NCBI GenBank assembly: GCA_951406725.2
Contig: OX597834.1
Span: forward strand, 18,724,001 to 18,788,000
DNA from: Octopus vulgaris
Lineage: Eukaryota
DNA: 64,000 nt
Direction: 5' to 3'
Shown here: positions 25,393 to 38,984 of the stretch, piece by piece
How the letters are laid out: each line of letters begins with the position of its first letter
How positions within the stretch are numbered: the stretch's first letter is position 1
Program-made: the position numbers and the translations under genes
Notes under the pieces: generated by a model
Database searches by the model: none
What the model was told of the DNA's origin: nothing
What the model saw: the letters and a program-made list of their open reading frames with translations, nothing else

Positions 25393-25430
25393 TCTTTTAC
25401 GTTTTGAGCCTACGCTCTTCAACAGAAAGA
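25393..25430 (-). ncRNA. Degenerate minimal type-I hammerhead motif
   Basis: TCTTT-CTGTTGA-A-GAGC GTAG GCTC-AAAACGTA-AAAGA. Confidence 0.55.
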
Positions 25431-25729
25431 TACACAGAAAAGAAACAAGGAGAGAAAAAAAAATGCGTGCAGAAGCTAGAGAATCAACATGGCAATCTCC
25501 ATAAACATATATATATATGTTTATTTACATATAACTTTTAAATTCGTTTATGGTTATGTTAAGAGTATGGAAATAAAAATTCTATTTCATTGCACTGGCT
25601 ACCATTTAATGACACTGACTACTGACTCAGTTTTCGGGGGTTGCATCATGGCTATACCAGTATAATGTACAAAAGATATAAAAACAGCAATATAATAATA
25701 CATACATATATATATATATATAGATATAT

Positions 25730-26103
25730 GGCATGTAAAATGCGCCATGTGAACATTGTCGATGCCAAGTATGCCTAACTGGCTCCTGTGCCGGTGGCAC
25801 GTAAATAGCACCAACCAATCATGGTCGACGCCAGTACCCGCTGACTGGCTTTTGTGCCGGTGGCACGTAAAAAGCATGATCCAAACGTGGTCAATGCCAG
25901 GCCTACCTGACTGGCTCCTATGCCAGTGGCACATAAAAAGCAACCACTACACTCTTGGAGTGGTTGGTATTAGGAAGGGCATCCAGCTGTAGAAACATTG
26001 CCAGATCAGATTGGAGCCTGGTGCAGCTGCTGGCTCTCCAGACCTCAGTCAAACTGTCCAACCCATGCCAGCATGGAAAATGGACGTTAAACGATGATAA
26101 TGA
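25730..26103 (+). mobile_element. SINE-like family C copy
   Basis: Tandem internal units and (GAT)n tail. Confidence 0.8.
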
Positions 26104-26124
26104 TACTAATATACAAACACATAT

Positions 26125-27005
26125 GTCATCTGATCAATAAGTATCTGGACTGTTGCCATAGTAATGAAGCTAAACCAAGCAGAGTGAAACCACTTGGTAC
26201 AGATTGACCTTGAAGTCTGCTGTGCATGTGCCCTAAGTTTTAACATTCTAGCTCACTTCAGCTGTTTACAGCAGTGCTTGGAAGGAAGGTGTGTAGTATG
26301 TGATCATCGCAATGAATATAAAAGAGAAAGTTGAGTAGAGAATCTGCAAAAATTTTGCCCAAAGCTTGACGGTTCCTGCACAGAGGCCTATGCAAAGCTT
26401 TCAAAATGTTCTCATTGTTTTCGACACAGCCAGGGAGTTCTTGTGCAACTGAAACCTGAGTGTCTTTTCAGTCATCTGAAAGCAGTTTTGGCACAAACTT
26501 GGCAGACACGTATCTCATACCCAAATCTTCCTTGATAATGAACTGAACTGAACCATAACTAGTCTGCACAGCCTCTGATAACTCAAGGATGGTGATACAA
26601 TAATTTCCCCTCACAGCTGTACGCGCATCTGCAATGTTTTTCTCAGTTCTGCTGGTAGCGGGTTTCCCAGAACATTAATCAATATTGAAATTTTCTGACC
26701 ATTTTGGAAACGTCTGAACCACTCGTACACCTGTGTGTATTCCTCTCCATACACTTTCTGTAAGTTTGCATAGACCCCTGAGCAGGTATTGCCACGACAG
26801 CTTTTTCTGACAGTCAATGCAATGATCAGATGTGCTACACACCTTCCTTCCAAGCATTGCTGTAAATAGTGGAAGTGAGAGAGAATATTTAAACTTAGTG
26901 TGCATGCACAGCAAAATTCAAGGTGAATCTGTGCCAAGTGGCTTTACTCTGCGTCCTTTAGATTCGTTACTATGGCAACAGTGTGGATACTTATCGATCA
27001 GACTT
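26125..27005. mobile_element. Mariner-derived fold-back element made of two inverted 5' ends
   Basis: Long inverted arms starting TCTGATCAATAAGTATC; minus-strand fragment QKVYGEEYTQVYEWFRRFQNG resembles the mariner N-terminal HTH region. Confidence 0.75.
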
Positions 27006-27009
27006 CAGA

Positions 27010-27335
27010 TATATATTAATATATAGATATATGTACATAAACACACACATACATATATGTATATATATGTATGTACATACATATATATATATACACACAT
27101 ATACGTATATATATATATACACACACACATATACGTATATATATATATATATACACACACATATACGTATATATATATATATACACACACACACACATAT
27201 ATGTATACATATATATAAATGTATGTACATACACGTACATATATACATACATACATATATACACACACACATACATACAGACATACATAAATATATACAC
27301 ACACACACACATATATATATATATACGTACATATG
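27010..27335. repeat. Compound (TA)/(CA) microsatellite
   Basis: Seen directly. Confidence 0.95.
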
Positions 27336-28039
27336 ATGATGACAAGTATGTACATCAATACACCCACACACACACTTGTATTGATGTATGTACATTAAAA
27401 ATTACAACAGTTTATTTTTAGTACTGTACAGATATCAACAAACTGACAACAACGAAAGAAAGCTCGAGTCATGGCTTGCTCACAAAGTCCTTCACATCGA
27501 CTGAGCTTTGCTTATTCTATTTTCACACCCAATTGACTGATCTATTTTCTAGTTTATTGCTCCACTGTCCCTTGTCAAATTTGTTTACAGTTCAGACAAA
27601 ACATTACAGTTATGCTATGAAATTAGACCAAGTTGGGTGGGCTGTATAAATGCTCCCACTCCCTTGCATATCATTAGTGTGTAATGAAAAGCCAATAAAC
27701 CAAAACGTAACTAAATGTAAGACTTGTTCCTTTTCATTTTCTGAAAAGAATTTCTGATGAAACTTGAAATTCAACTGTCTTCGCTACAGCCCATGGTTGA
27801 CTAAAGCCTAGTGGCCTTGGGGGTGGATTTCGAAGATGGAAACTGAATGAAACTTAATATATGTACATGTGTGTATGTATATTAGGTTTACATGTGTTTA
27901 TTTCATGTTACAAAAAATTTCCATTTCCTATTTTATGTTATGCAGACCTGAAACATGCATATTAAATGATTTCAAAATATCACTATTTCATTTGACTTCA
28001 TTATTAAAACATATATATATATATATATTCTCTGTAACC

Positions 28040-28655
28040 AAACCAATTTCTTGACTGTATTGTAACTTGTAATGAAAAGGGGATTCTGTACAAAAATAAA
28101 AAATGTTCTTTGCAGCGATTGGGCCAAAATGAAGCACCGTAAACCTTCCCTAAACCTGAGCTCTTCAAAAAGGTTAGGGCAACTGTTTGGTGGTCTACTG
28201 CTGGAATCATCCACTATAACTTCTTAAAACTATTACTGCAGAAACATATTGCCATGAAGTTGCCAAATGAATGCAAAACTGCTACTCCTCCATCCCAGAC
28301 AGGTCAACAGAAGAGGGCCAATCATTCTTCATGACAATGCTTGACCACACATTTCACTAATGATGCTCCAGAATTTGAGAAATTCTTCCCCAGACCTTTC
28401 TCCTCCCGACCACCACTTTTTCAAGCACCTTGATGGTTTCCTGCAAGAGAAGGAGTTCAAAAATCAAACCAATGCGGAGAGTGCATTTCAAGAGTTCATC
28501 AGTTCCAGAACTCCATATTTTTATGTTACTGGAATAAACAAAATGTGTTGATTGTAATGGTACTTACTTCGATGAATAAAATTTCAGCATTGTTGAAATA
28601 TATTGTGATGAATTTCATGTTTCAGAATGTTGCCTATTTTGTACTCAGCCTGATA
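28040..28655 (+). pseudogene. Decayed mariner transposase, catalytic region
   Basis: IVTCNEKGILY, LHDNAxPH and SPDLSPPDHHFFKHLD motifs, with stops and frameshifts. Confidence 0.85.
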
Positions 28656-28917
28656 TATATACATAGAACAGGCAGCTTTCAGTTTCTGTCAACCAAATCT
28701 ACTCACAAGTCTTTGGTTAGCTCAGGGAGGGAGGAACACACACATCTGACAGATATTTGAACCTGTAACGGCTTTTCACCATATTTTAATATGGAAAAAA
28801 AGATTCTCGGTGTACACATCTGGCACAGTTACAGAAGATGCATGGTTCCAATCTTGCTGATAACTTTCAAAGAATTTGGGTACTTCAATAGAGAACATGG
28901 TACACAATTATAAACAG

Positions 28918-28970
<53 letters not shown>

Positions 28971-28996
28971 ATATTATATATATATATATTTATTTA

Positions 28997-29240
28997 TTAG
29001 TCAAAGTGTACAGTATTATATATCCACCATGGCCAATCTTACCAATTGATTTCAAACTAGGGGTTCAGCAAAGTGTTAGGTGACAATCCCATTATGTATT
29101 TCATTCCATAACAGCTACATCTGAAGAGCACAAGGTTACATAATTGGACTGTTACTTAACAATCCGTTGAATACCTAGTGTGAAACTGATTCGTAAGATC
29201 AACCATGATGGATATATATAACAGTATACACTTTGATTAA
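28997..29240. mobile_element. Palindromic MITE with diverged arms of about 90 bp
   Basis: Left arm TCAAAGTGTACAG... is the reverse complement of right arm ...GTATACACTTTGA. Confidence 0.65.
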
Positions 29241-29511
29241 CATACCTACTCTACCAATAGATATACAAGTGCATTTTATCCTGACTTATGGACTCTTAGA
29301 TGGCCTCACACACACACACAATGGATTTCCATACAGTTTCTGTCTACCAAATTTACTCACAAGCCATTAGTAAACCTAGAGCTTTAATAAAAAATACTTG
29401 CCTAAGGTGCTGTGCAGTGGGACTGAACCCAAAACTACATGGTTGAAATGTAAACTTCTTAACCACACAACCATACCTGATTTTTACCAAATTCTAAATT
29501 AGTTTCATGAT

Positions 29512-29730
29512 CTGGCACCTTTACCAGCCTCGTCTGGCACCTGTGCAGGTGGCACGTAAAAAGCACCCACTACACTCACGGAGTGGTTGGCGTTAGGAAG
29601 GGCATCCAGCTGTAGAAACACTGCCAGATCAGACTGGGCCCGGCGCAGCTTTCTAGCTTCCCAGACCCCAGTTGAACCGTCCAACCCATGCTAGCATGGA
29701 AAACGGACGTTAAACGATGATGATGATGAT
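29512..29730 (+). mobile_element. SINE-like family C copy
   Basis: Match to family C. Confidence 0.8.
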
Positions 29731-30583
29731 GCCAAAATGTTGAAGAATCTCTGTTGTAATATTTACAAGGTTAGTAATAGACAAATACATTCTATGCTTT
29801 AATCTTATAATATCTGAAATTTAACTGTGCCACATCAAAGTCTCCTTATTTCCTGCTGGGATGTCATTCATCTACACTGTTGTCAATATAAAACAAATAG
29901 CCAACAAATCATCTTACATATTGTGTGTACGTGTGCATGAGTGAGTGAATGTGAGTGTGTGTGTGTGTGAGCGAGAGAGAGAGGGAGAGAGAGACAGACA
30001 GAAAGAGTGCTTAGTGAGAGTGAGTAACCTCACAATGACCACGATAAAGTAATTATAAAGGATTATGAATTCCAATAACAAACAGCATAAATCATTTACA
30101 GTAAAACGCACCAGCTTAAAACATTACAAAAAATAAACGTTCCAAAGGTTGAAGTTTATTTCAACATTATTCAGTTATTTGACAATATGGGGTTTATCAA
30201 AGAAGACATTTAGTCAGAGAATAGACAGGTCAAAGTTCAAAGTTTATTTCATTGTTTGTTCAATGTTCAGAAGAAGGAAGATTCGGTGTATATAGGTATA
30301 TAAGTACACTTGTTCTGATATCAGAAGACAATTTGAAAAAAGTATCTTCATAGGCCAACAACTACAATCTGAAACTAGTGATGGTAGTCATCATCATCAT
30401 CGTTTAACATCTGTTTTCCATGCTGGCATGGGTTGGACGGTTTGCCTGAGATCTGGATTTTTATATATATATACATATATATTTATATATATATAAAATA
30501 TATATACATATATATTTTTATATATATATAATATATATAAAATATTCAAGGTGGTTAACAGTACTTTAAAACCAACATGGAAA

Positions 30584-30802
30584 TAATTCACCATTACTAT
30601 GAGTGACAAGGGTGCAGTGAGCACCAGCATTGCTAGAAATAGAAGTCGTAGATTCCTGATCCACAAAGGGCACATGGACTCTTTGTTTTCTCCGTTGTCA
30701 ATATGAAGAGACCAAGCTTTTGTGGCTAAGGAGTCTATGACTCCTATTTCTAGCAACACTTGTGCTCACTGTACCGTTGTCATTCTTAGTGATGGTGAAT
30801 TA
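30584..30802. mobile_element. Palindromic MITE with arms of about 85 bp
   Basis: TAATTCACCATTACTA ... TAGTGATGGTGAATTA inverted repeat. Confidence 0.75.
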
Positions 30803-30861
30803 CACACACACATATATATATATACACACACAACACAAACGTACTACTGTCTATATTTCTC

Positions 30862-30897
<36 letters not shown>

Positions 30898-31474
30898 TAT
30901 ATAGAGAGAGAGATAGGTAGATAGATAGAGAGAGAGAGAGAAACTAACCCTGTCCCTAATTAGTTGGGGCATGACTCTCTGTAACTTTCATCACCTCACC
31001 CAGCAATTTGATACCTCTGTAATTATTTCTGTCTAAGACATCACCTTTACCTTTGTAGCAGTTGACAGTTCTGCTTCTAGGAAACCTGGCCTGAAGTCAC
31101 TGATGACCAGTCTATGCCAGTGAGGTACATTCTACACCAGGAAAGGTCTTTGCATTTATGAGCGACCATGTATCTCACTGAGTGGTGAGAATGAAATCAA
31201 TCAGGCGAGCGTGGTCACCCAACTGATAGGCAAGCAGGTGACTGGCTGGCTTCCTGAAGTTGGTGTTGCAGATCATTAAGTTATTTGCATCACAGAACTC
31301 CAGTGGCCTCGTTCCCTCTTCATTTTGGGATTGAATTCCATGACCCTCATGTCAGTACCTGGCTGTTGCCCAACATGTCCATTGAGATCACTGGCCACAA
31401 AGATGAGATCCTTGTGAAGAAAATTTTCTTAAGAAAAGATAGGCTAGCAGGGTTTATATTTACAACTCTTGCAA

Positions 31475-31478
31475 TATG

Positions 31479-31514
<36 letters not shown>

Positions 31515-31543
31515 TATATATACACACACACACACACATATAT

Positions 31544-31580
<37 letters not shown>

Positions 31581-31587
31581 CATATAT

Positions 31588-31682
<95 letters not shown>

Positions 31683-31711
31683 CATATATATACACACACA
31701 CACACATATAT

Positions 31712-31753
<42 letters not shown>
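31475..31753. repeat. (CA)n/(TA)n microsatellite
   Basis: Seen directly. Confidence 0.95.
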
Positions 31754-31754
<1 letters not shown>

Positions 31755-31981
31755 GGTGGCGAGCTGGCAGAAACGTTAGCGCGCCGGGCGAAATGCTTAG
31801 TGGTATTTCGTCTGTTGTTATGTTCTCAGTTCAAATTCCGCCGAGGTCGACTTTGGCTTTCATCCTTTCGGGGTCGATAAATAAGTGCCAGTTTCGCACT
31901 GGGGTCAATGAAATCGACTTAATCCCTTTGTCTGTCCTTGTTTGTCTCCTCTATGTTTAGCCCCATGTGGGCAGTAAAGAT
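31754..31981 (+). mobile_element. SINE family B copy
   Basis: Near-identical to 2800-3031. Confidence 0.85.
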
Positions 31982-32593
31982 ATATATATATATATATGTA
32001 CATACATACACATACAGAGATACATATACAGACATATAATATACACAGATGAGGCTGTGTGGTAAGAAGTTTGTGAACTATATGGTTCTGGGTTCAGTCC
32101 CACTGTATCGCACCTTGGGCAAGTGTCTTCTACCATAGCCTCAGGCTGGCCAAGACCTTGTGAGTGGATATTGTAGATGGAAATCCAAATACGTTCATCA
32201 CACACACACACACACACACACACATTTAGTATAAACTTTAATGAATGAGTAAATGTACCAAAATATTTTAAGACATTAACAATGAACACAATATTTTCTT
32301 TTTCATTTTTCTACATTTATTTAAGATCTCAATTGTTGAAGAAATGTTGGATATTTAAGATATAAATGTGTAATAAGTCCATTAATGAAACTTGTGAACA
32401 ATGATTATTTTAATATATCATTATAAACATATATAAATAAATATACACATATATATCCATACATACATACATATGTCTATCTATATGTATCTAGATATCT
32501 ATCTTTATCTATCTACCTATATATATATATTTATCTATCCACCTATATATATATATTTATCTATCCACCTATATATATATATTTATCTATCCA

Positions 32594-32634
<41 letters not shown>

Positions 32635-33071
32635 ATGCATAATACATACATAAATACAGAAAAAACCAGGATGGCCATTATTACTTGTCTCTTAGTACCA
32701 ATAACTTCCCCTCTTCCAGCCCAAAGATAACATTAGTGAACTGAAATATTTGAAGGCAGCAAACAAACATGAAACACTGCAAAGAATAATTGCTGTCGTC
32801 ATAAGAAAGAATTAGCTAAACACCAGCACCAGCATCACCACCATAAAGCAACAACAATAGCAACAACAAAGCATCGGACAACAATGATAAGAACACAAGA
32901 AGATGGTTGGCAGACACTTGCTTGCTATATTGAAAAACATCAGAAGAGCAAACACCATTTATATATATATATAAAGGGTTTTAGTGCTTTCAGTGAAGTA
33001 TTGTGAAGGTAATATCATTGTTTAGCCAATCATAGCTAAATACAATAATATATATAAATATACATACATAT

Positions 33072-33104
<33 letters not shown>

Positions 33105-33247
33105 CACACATATATACATACACATACAAACACACACACACACATTCTAAGAAAAATAACAGAATATAAATGATAAAAAAGCTACCATTTAATTACAAAA
33201 TATTACTAAAAGAATTTCATATATATCTAATTGTGTATGTGTGTGTG

Positions 33248-33289
<42 letters not shown>

Positions 33290-34074
33290 TATATATATAT
33301 ATATACATGCACACACACACACACATATATATATATATACATGCACACACACACACACACTCACATATGTATATATATATATATATGTACACATATATAC
33401 ACACATACATATATATATACATACGCATATATATATATATTCACACACACGTATATATAAAAACTATATGCATATGTAGTGTAAAGTGTGTCTGAAGAAA
33501 TCAGCAAACCAGCCAACCAACATTTATATCTGTTATTATTGTTGTTGTACACACACACGCCAGAACACTTTGTTCCAACTCCCCTACTTTTCCTCTTCAT
33601 ATCCGTTTACTCCATTACTCTCACTCTAGCATTGTTCTCACTGTTATTATAATCTCTCCACTATCTTCTCACAACGTTAAATCTGTTCCATCCTTCATGG
33701 TCTCTCTCTTTTGCTTTGTGAGCAACAAGGTGATCCCCACCAGTGTTGGAGCTGCTAAAAAGCATCCAGGACATTCTCTTTAAGCGGTTGGCAATCAATT
33801 CAAGAAATGAAAAATGTAGGACTTAAAAAGGGATTTTTAGTGTGGCCTGATGGCAAGGTAACCTCTACAGTGCTGGTGCCATGAAAAGAATGTATGCAGT
33901 GCAGTCTGTAAAATTGATGGCGTTAAGAAGGGCATCCTTCTTAGTAGAAATCATACCAAAATAGAAATGCTGGAACAGAAATGGTCCTCCAGCAATTTGG
34001 ATCCTGTCAAAGCATCCAATTCATGCAAGCAAGGAGGATGGAGGTGAAATGATCAAGACGATAATGTCTTTCAT

Positions 34075-34457
34075 GTGTGGCTGTGTGGTAAGAAGCTTGC
34101 TTCCCAATCACATGGTTTCGGGTTCAGTCCCACTGCGTGGCACCTTAGGGCAAGTGTCTTCTACTGTATCCTCGGGCCAACCAAAGCCTTGTGAGTGGAT
34201 TTGGTAGACGGAAACTAAAAGAAGCCTGTCGTATATATGTATATATATATGTGTGTGTGTGTTTATCCTTCCACCATTGCTTGACAACCGATGTCAGTGT
34301 GTTTACATTCCTGTAACTTAGCACTTTGGCAAAAGAGACCAATAGAATAAATACCAGGTTTACAAAGAATAAGTCCAGGGGTCAATTTGTTTGACTAAAG
34401 GCAGTGCCCCGGCATGGCCACAGTCAAATGACGGAAACAAGTAAAAGAATAAAAGAA
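34075..34457 (+). mobile_element. SINE family A copy
   Basis: Full head-to-tail match. Confidence 0.85.
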
Positions 34458-35274
34458 TTTATATATATATTCATTTGTCTACAACCACAGGCAAATCAAA
34501 GCCCTGTGAGTAGATTTGGTAAAAAGAAACTGGGAGAAGCCTGACGTATATGTATGTATGTATATATATATATGTAAAAAATACAAAATGGACAAGAACG
34601 CAAAACATCAGACAGTTAGGTGATACAAAAAAGGGACAACAAAACATCAAGATAGACGATACAAAGAAATTAAGGGAGAAAACCACGCAAGGAAGTATAC
34701 TAGTCCCTTAATATTTGATATTCAATATTTCATCTATTCAATAAGACAATCAATACTTCATTTCATTTTACTGTATATACTATTTATACTGTATAATCTA
34801 TATTCTACATTAATATTATAAAGAATATAAATAAAACATAAAAAACAGAGTTGGAATTCCTTTGAATAATATATATCCCTCTATACACAATCATACAAAC
34901 CTCTTTATATATATATATAAATATATATATACGACAGGCTTTTTTTAGTTTCTGTCTACCAAATCCACTCACAAGGCTTTGGTTGGTCTGTGGCTATAGT
35001 AGAAGACACTTGCCCAAGGTGCCACAGTGGGACTGAACCTGGAACCATGTGGTTGGTAAGCAAGCTACTTACCACACACATATGTATGATGATGATGATG
35101 AATATAGTGACCTGTCATGAAGCTCAGATTATACTGGCAAGTTTCGGTATAATAGACATACATCTCTATTCACTCTATACAAAGAATTGAGTTTTCTGTC
35201 AGAAAATGTTTGCAATACCAGACTGAGTCAAAAGTTGGTTCAGATTTTCACAGATTTTACCAAAAAAAAAAATA

Positions 35275-35486
35275 AAAACTAAATTGGATCTCTTCTTGTC
35301 GGGGGTCCTAGATGAAGCTACCTCACGATAGGAGACACAGATGCGGGGAGCGGCATTGAACTCCCTTCTTGACCAAGTGCCACGTATCAGAGGTGGATTC
35401 ACATATTAGTGTAGCTCATTCAGCGGTGGTGCCCCAGCATGGCCGCAGCCTTCGGGCTGAGACATTTCTAAAGTTTAAGGATTTAG
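35275..35486 (+). mobile_element. CR1-type LINE extreme 3' end
   Basis: KTKLDLFLSGVLDEATSR*ETQMRGAALNSLLDQV resembles the CR1 ORF2 C-terminus; the 3' tail matches SINE family A. Confidence 0.7.
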
Positions 35487-35859
35487 ATGATTTATGAGAT
35501 GACCCAACATATGCATGTATATATGTATGAGTATGTTTATACTCTGTGTGTGTGTGCATGCAGATGTGCATATTTGTGTAAATGCATAATCTGTGCTGAG
35601 CTGAAAACGGTGATGTTTGTTGGCTTTTCTTGTCAGCAAATTATTTGTTAGTTTTGTGATTTCGAAGATTAATGAAATATAAAAAAAAAATTCTTCTGTA
35701 CCAATAAAACTTTGAAAGTAAAAAACAGGAAGGACATCTGGCAGTAAAATAATGCCTCAGCCGTATGTATCCATTCCACCAATATCAACATAGAAAAACA
35801 GATGTAAAAAAAAAAGAAAGGAACATACAAACATGCGTACATTTATAATTGCATACAGA

Positions 35860-36035
35860 CGTATTATATATACATCTTTACATATATATATAAATATATA
35901 TACACATATACATACATATATATACACATATACATACATATATATATATACATATATATACACATATATATATACATATATATACACATATATATATACA
36001 TATATATACACATATACATACATATATATATATAC

Positions 36036-36072
<37 letters not shown>

Positions 36073-36073
36073 C

Positions 36074-36110
<37 letters not shown>

Positions 36111-36205
36111 CATATATATATATACATATATATACATATATATATATACATATATATACATACACATATATATATACATATACACACACACACATACATA
36201 TATAC

Positions 36206-36237
<32 letters not shown>

Positions 36238-36290
36238 TTACATACATTCATATATTTTCATTTACAAACATACATACATGTATATTAACA
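35860..36290. repeat. (TA)/(CA) microsatellite
   Basis: Seen directly. Confidence 0.95.
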
Positions 36291-36789
36291 AAGATTCAAA
36301 CATATTTATATACACACACGTGTCAAGATTCATTCATACACACACATACTTACATACATACCTACACACATACATGCAGCAATGCACATACATATTACTA
36401 TTTACATATACACAATTTCCCTTATTAAACACTGAAATGTTTTGCTTTGAAGTAATTCTTTGATGTAGGCACAATTAGAAAGAAGATTGAATTAAAAAAT
36501 AATATGTAGATCTAAAAGATATTCCTTTGTAAAGCGTTGCCTATTTGTTATTATACTTATCTATCTATCTGCAGTTTCTGCTAAGGGAAGCATTGCCAAT
36601 GTTGTTCATGGAATCTCTCAATACCATTATATGATGTCAGATCAACTAACTCAACTCTGGCTTTCTTGTTGATTCAATGCAACGAACAAAAAAACTATTC
36701 TTGCTGGAATGCTGCCGATCAAATGCACACTTGCTTACCTTTACGCTGGTGTACATGCACATACACATGTACAAAAAAAAAATATATAT

Positions 36790-37160
36790 AGGCGCAGGAG
36801 TGGCTGTGTGGTAAGTAGCTTGCTAACCAACCACGTGGTTCCGGGTTCAGTCCCACTGCGTGGCATCTTGGGCAAGTGTCTTCTGCTATAGCCCCGGGCC
36901 GACCAAAGCCTTGTGAGTGGATTTGGTAGACGGAAACTGAAAGAAGCCTGTCGTATATATGTATATGTATGTATGTGTGTGTCTGTGTTTGTCCCCCTAG
37001 CATTGCTTGACAATCGATGCTGGTGTGTTTATGTCCCCGTTACCTAGCGGTTTGGCAAAAGAGACCGATATAATAAGTACTGGGCTTACAAAAGAATAAG
37101 TCCCGGGGTCGAGTTGCTCGATTAAAGGCGGTGCTCCAGCATGGCCGCAGTCAAATGATT
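36790..37160 (+). mobile_element. SINE family A copy
   Basis: Full match starting GGCGCAGGAGTGGCTGTGTGG. Confidence 0.85.
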
Positions 37161-37957
37161 GAGGTTCTGCTGGGGTTGATTTTGCTTTTTATCCTTTTCA
37201 AGGTCAATAAAATCAGCACCAGCTGAACACTAGAGTCAATGCTGGCCTTGTGTCAAAATTTGAAATCAATATCATGAACTAAAACCAACGAAAATAGTGC
37301 CCCAGAATGGCCACAATCCAATGAGCGAAACCAGTCAAAGAATAATATAATCAAAATAATATAAGAATAATTAATAAAAATGCTTATTATGTAAAATGTT
37401 AATCACCGATAAACCAGTTTTATTTTACACATATTGGTTATTTCTGATAAATATCAATTTAATTTGCAATAAATAACATTGAATGGATGGAATTGAATGA
37501 AGGACTGCTGCTTCTGTCTATCTGAATCCCTGATCATCATCAAATTTGAAACGATATTTACGATCTGAATCTCAATATTCACAACATAACATTTCCATAC
37601 TTTCGTTTGTGTTGTTTAATTACTTAATTTTTATGTCTGACACCAACAAACAATCACGCATAGAATTTTAGTGTGCTTTCACAAAACACAATTCTGACAA
37701 ATGTTCATTAACAACATTAATTAGTAAAGCTTAAGTATTATATTAAGAGGTGTGTACCTTGCGTTTATTCCTTTTGGTGTTAGAATTGCAGCTGCTAATA
37801 TTGCTGCTGCTGATGCTACTGCTGCTACTCTTGTTTCCATATTTGTTACAAATATTAGTTTTACAACATTTCACCTGTTTATTGTTGGAGAAAAGATTTT
37901 AAAAATTAAAGAAAAGTAATGTTGCTTTAAATTATGTTTATTTTTACATTTAAAAAA

Positions 37958-38345
37958 GGAGTGGCTGTGTGGTAAGTAGCTTGTTTACCAACCACATGGT
38001 TCCGGGTTCAGTCCCACTGCGTGGCACCTTGGGCAAGTGTCTTCTACTATAGCCTCGGGCCGACCAAAGCCTTGTGAGTGGATTTGGTAGACGGAAACTG
38101 AAAGAAGCCCGTCGTATATATGTATATATATGCGTGTGTGTGTTTGTGTGTCTGTGTTTGTTCCTCCCTAGCATTGCTTGACAACCGATGCTGGTGTGTT
38201 TACGTCCCCGTTACTTAGCGGTTCGTCAAAAGAGACCGATAGAATAAGTACTAGGCTTACAAAAGAATAAGTCCTGGGGTCGAGTTGCTCGATTAAAGGC
38301 GGTGCTCCAGCATGGCCACAGTCAAATGACTGAAACAAGAGAGTA
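37958..38345 (+). mobile_element. SINE family A copy
   Basis: Full head-to-tail match. Confidence 0.85.
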
Positions 38346-38581
38346 ATGTGGGGATTTAGAAAGACAATAGTCGTGATTAGAGACTAATGAGTCTGGCAGG
38401 AAATAGAGGGATTGGCACTATGTTGCTTATGGCAAGTGTTCTAGTTGATTCGATCAATGGAACAGCTTGCTTCTTCCCAACCTCTGTGTGGCACCTTAGG
38501 CAAACATCTTCTGCTATTGCCTCTGGCCAACCAAAGCCTTGTAAGTGGATATGGTAGACAGAAACTGAAATAAGACACTGA

Positions 38582-38910
38582 AAGGCAGCGAGCTGTCAGA
38601 ATCGTTAGTACGCAGGGTGAAATGCTTAGCGGTATTTCGTCTGCCACTACATTCTGAGTTCAAATTCTGCTGAGGTCGACTTTGCCTTTCATCCTTTTGG
38701 GGTCGATTAAATAAGTACCAGTTACGTACTGGGGTCGATATAATCGACTTTATCCGTTTGTCTGTCCTTGTTTGTCCTCTCTGTGTTTAGCCCCTTGTGG
38801 GTAGTAAAGAAATAGAAATGTTAGCATGCTAGGCGAAATGCTTAGCGGTATTTCGTCTACCATCTTGTCTGAGTTCAAATTCCACCAAGGTCAACTTTGC
38901 CTTTCATTCT
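38582..38910 (+). mobile_element. SINE family B copy plus a partial tandem copy
   Basis: Match to family B. Confidence 0.8.
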
Positions 38911-38984
38911 TTCGGAGCTGCTCGTGAAATTAATGTGCAAATGGCTCAGCACTCCACAGGTCTGTGTACTCTTAATGTTCTAGT

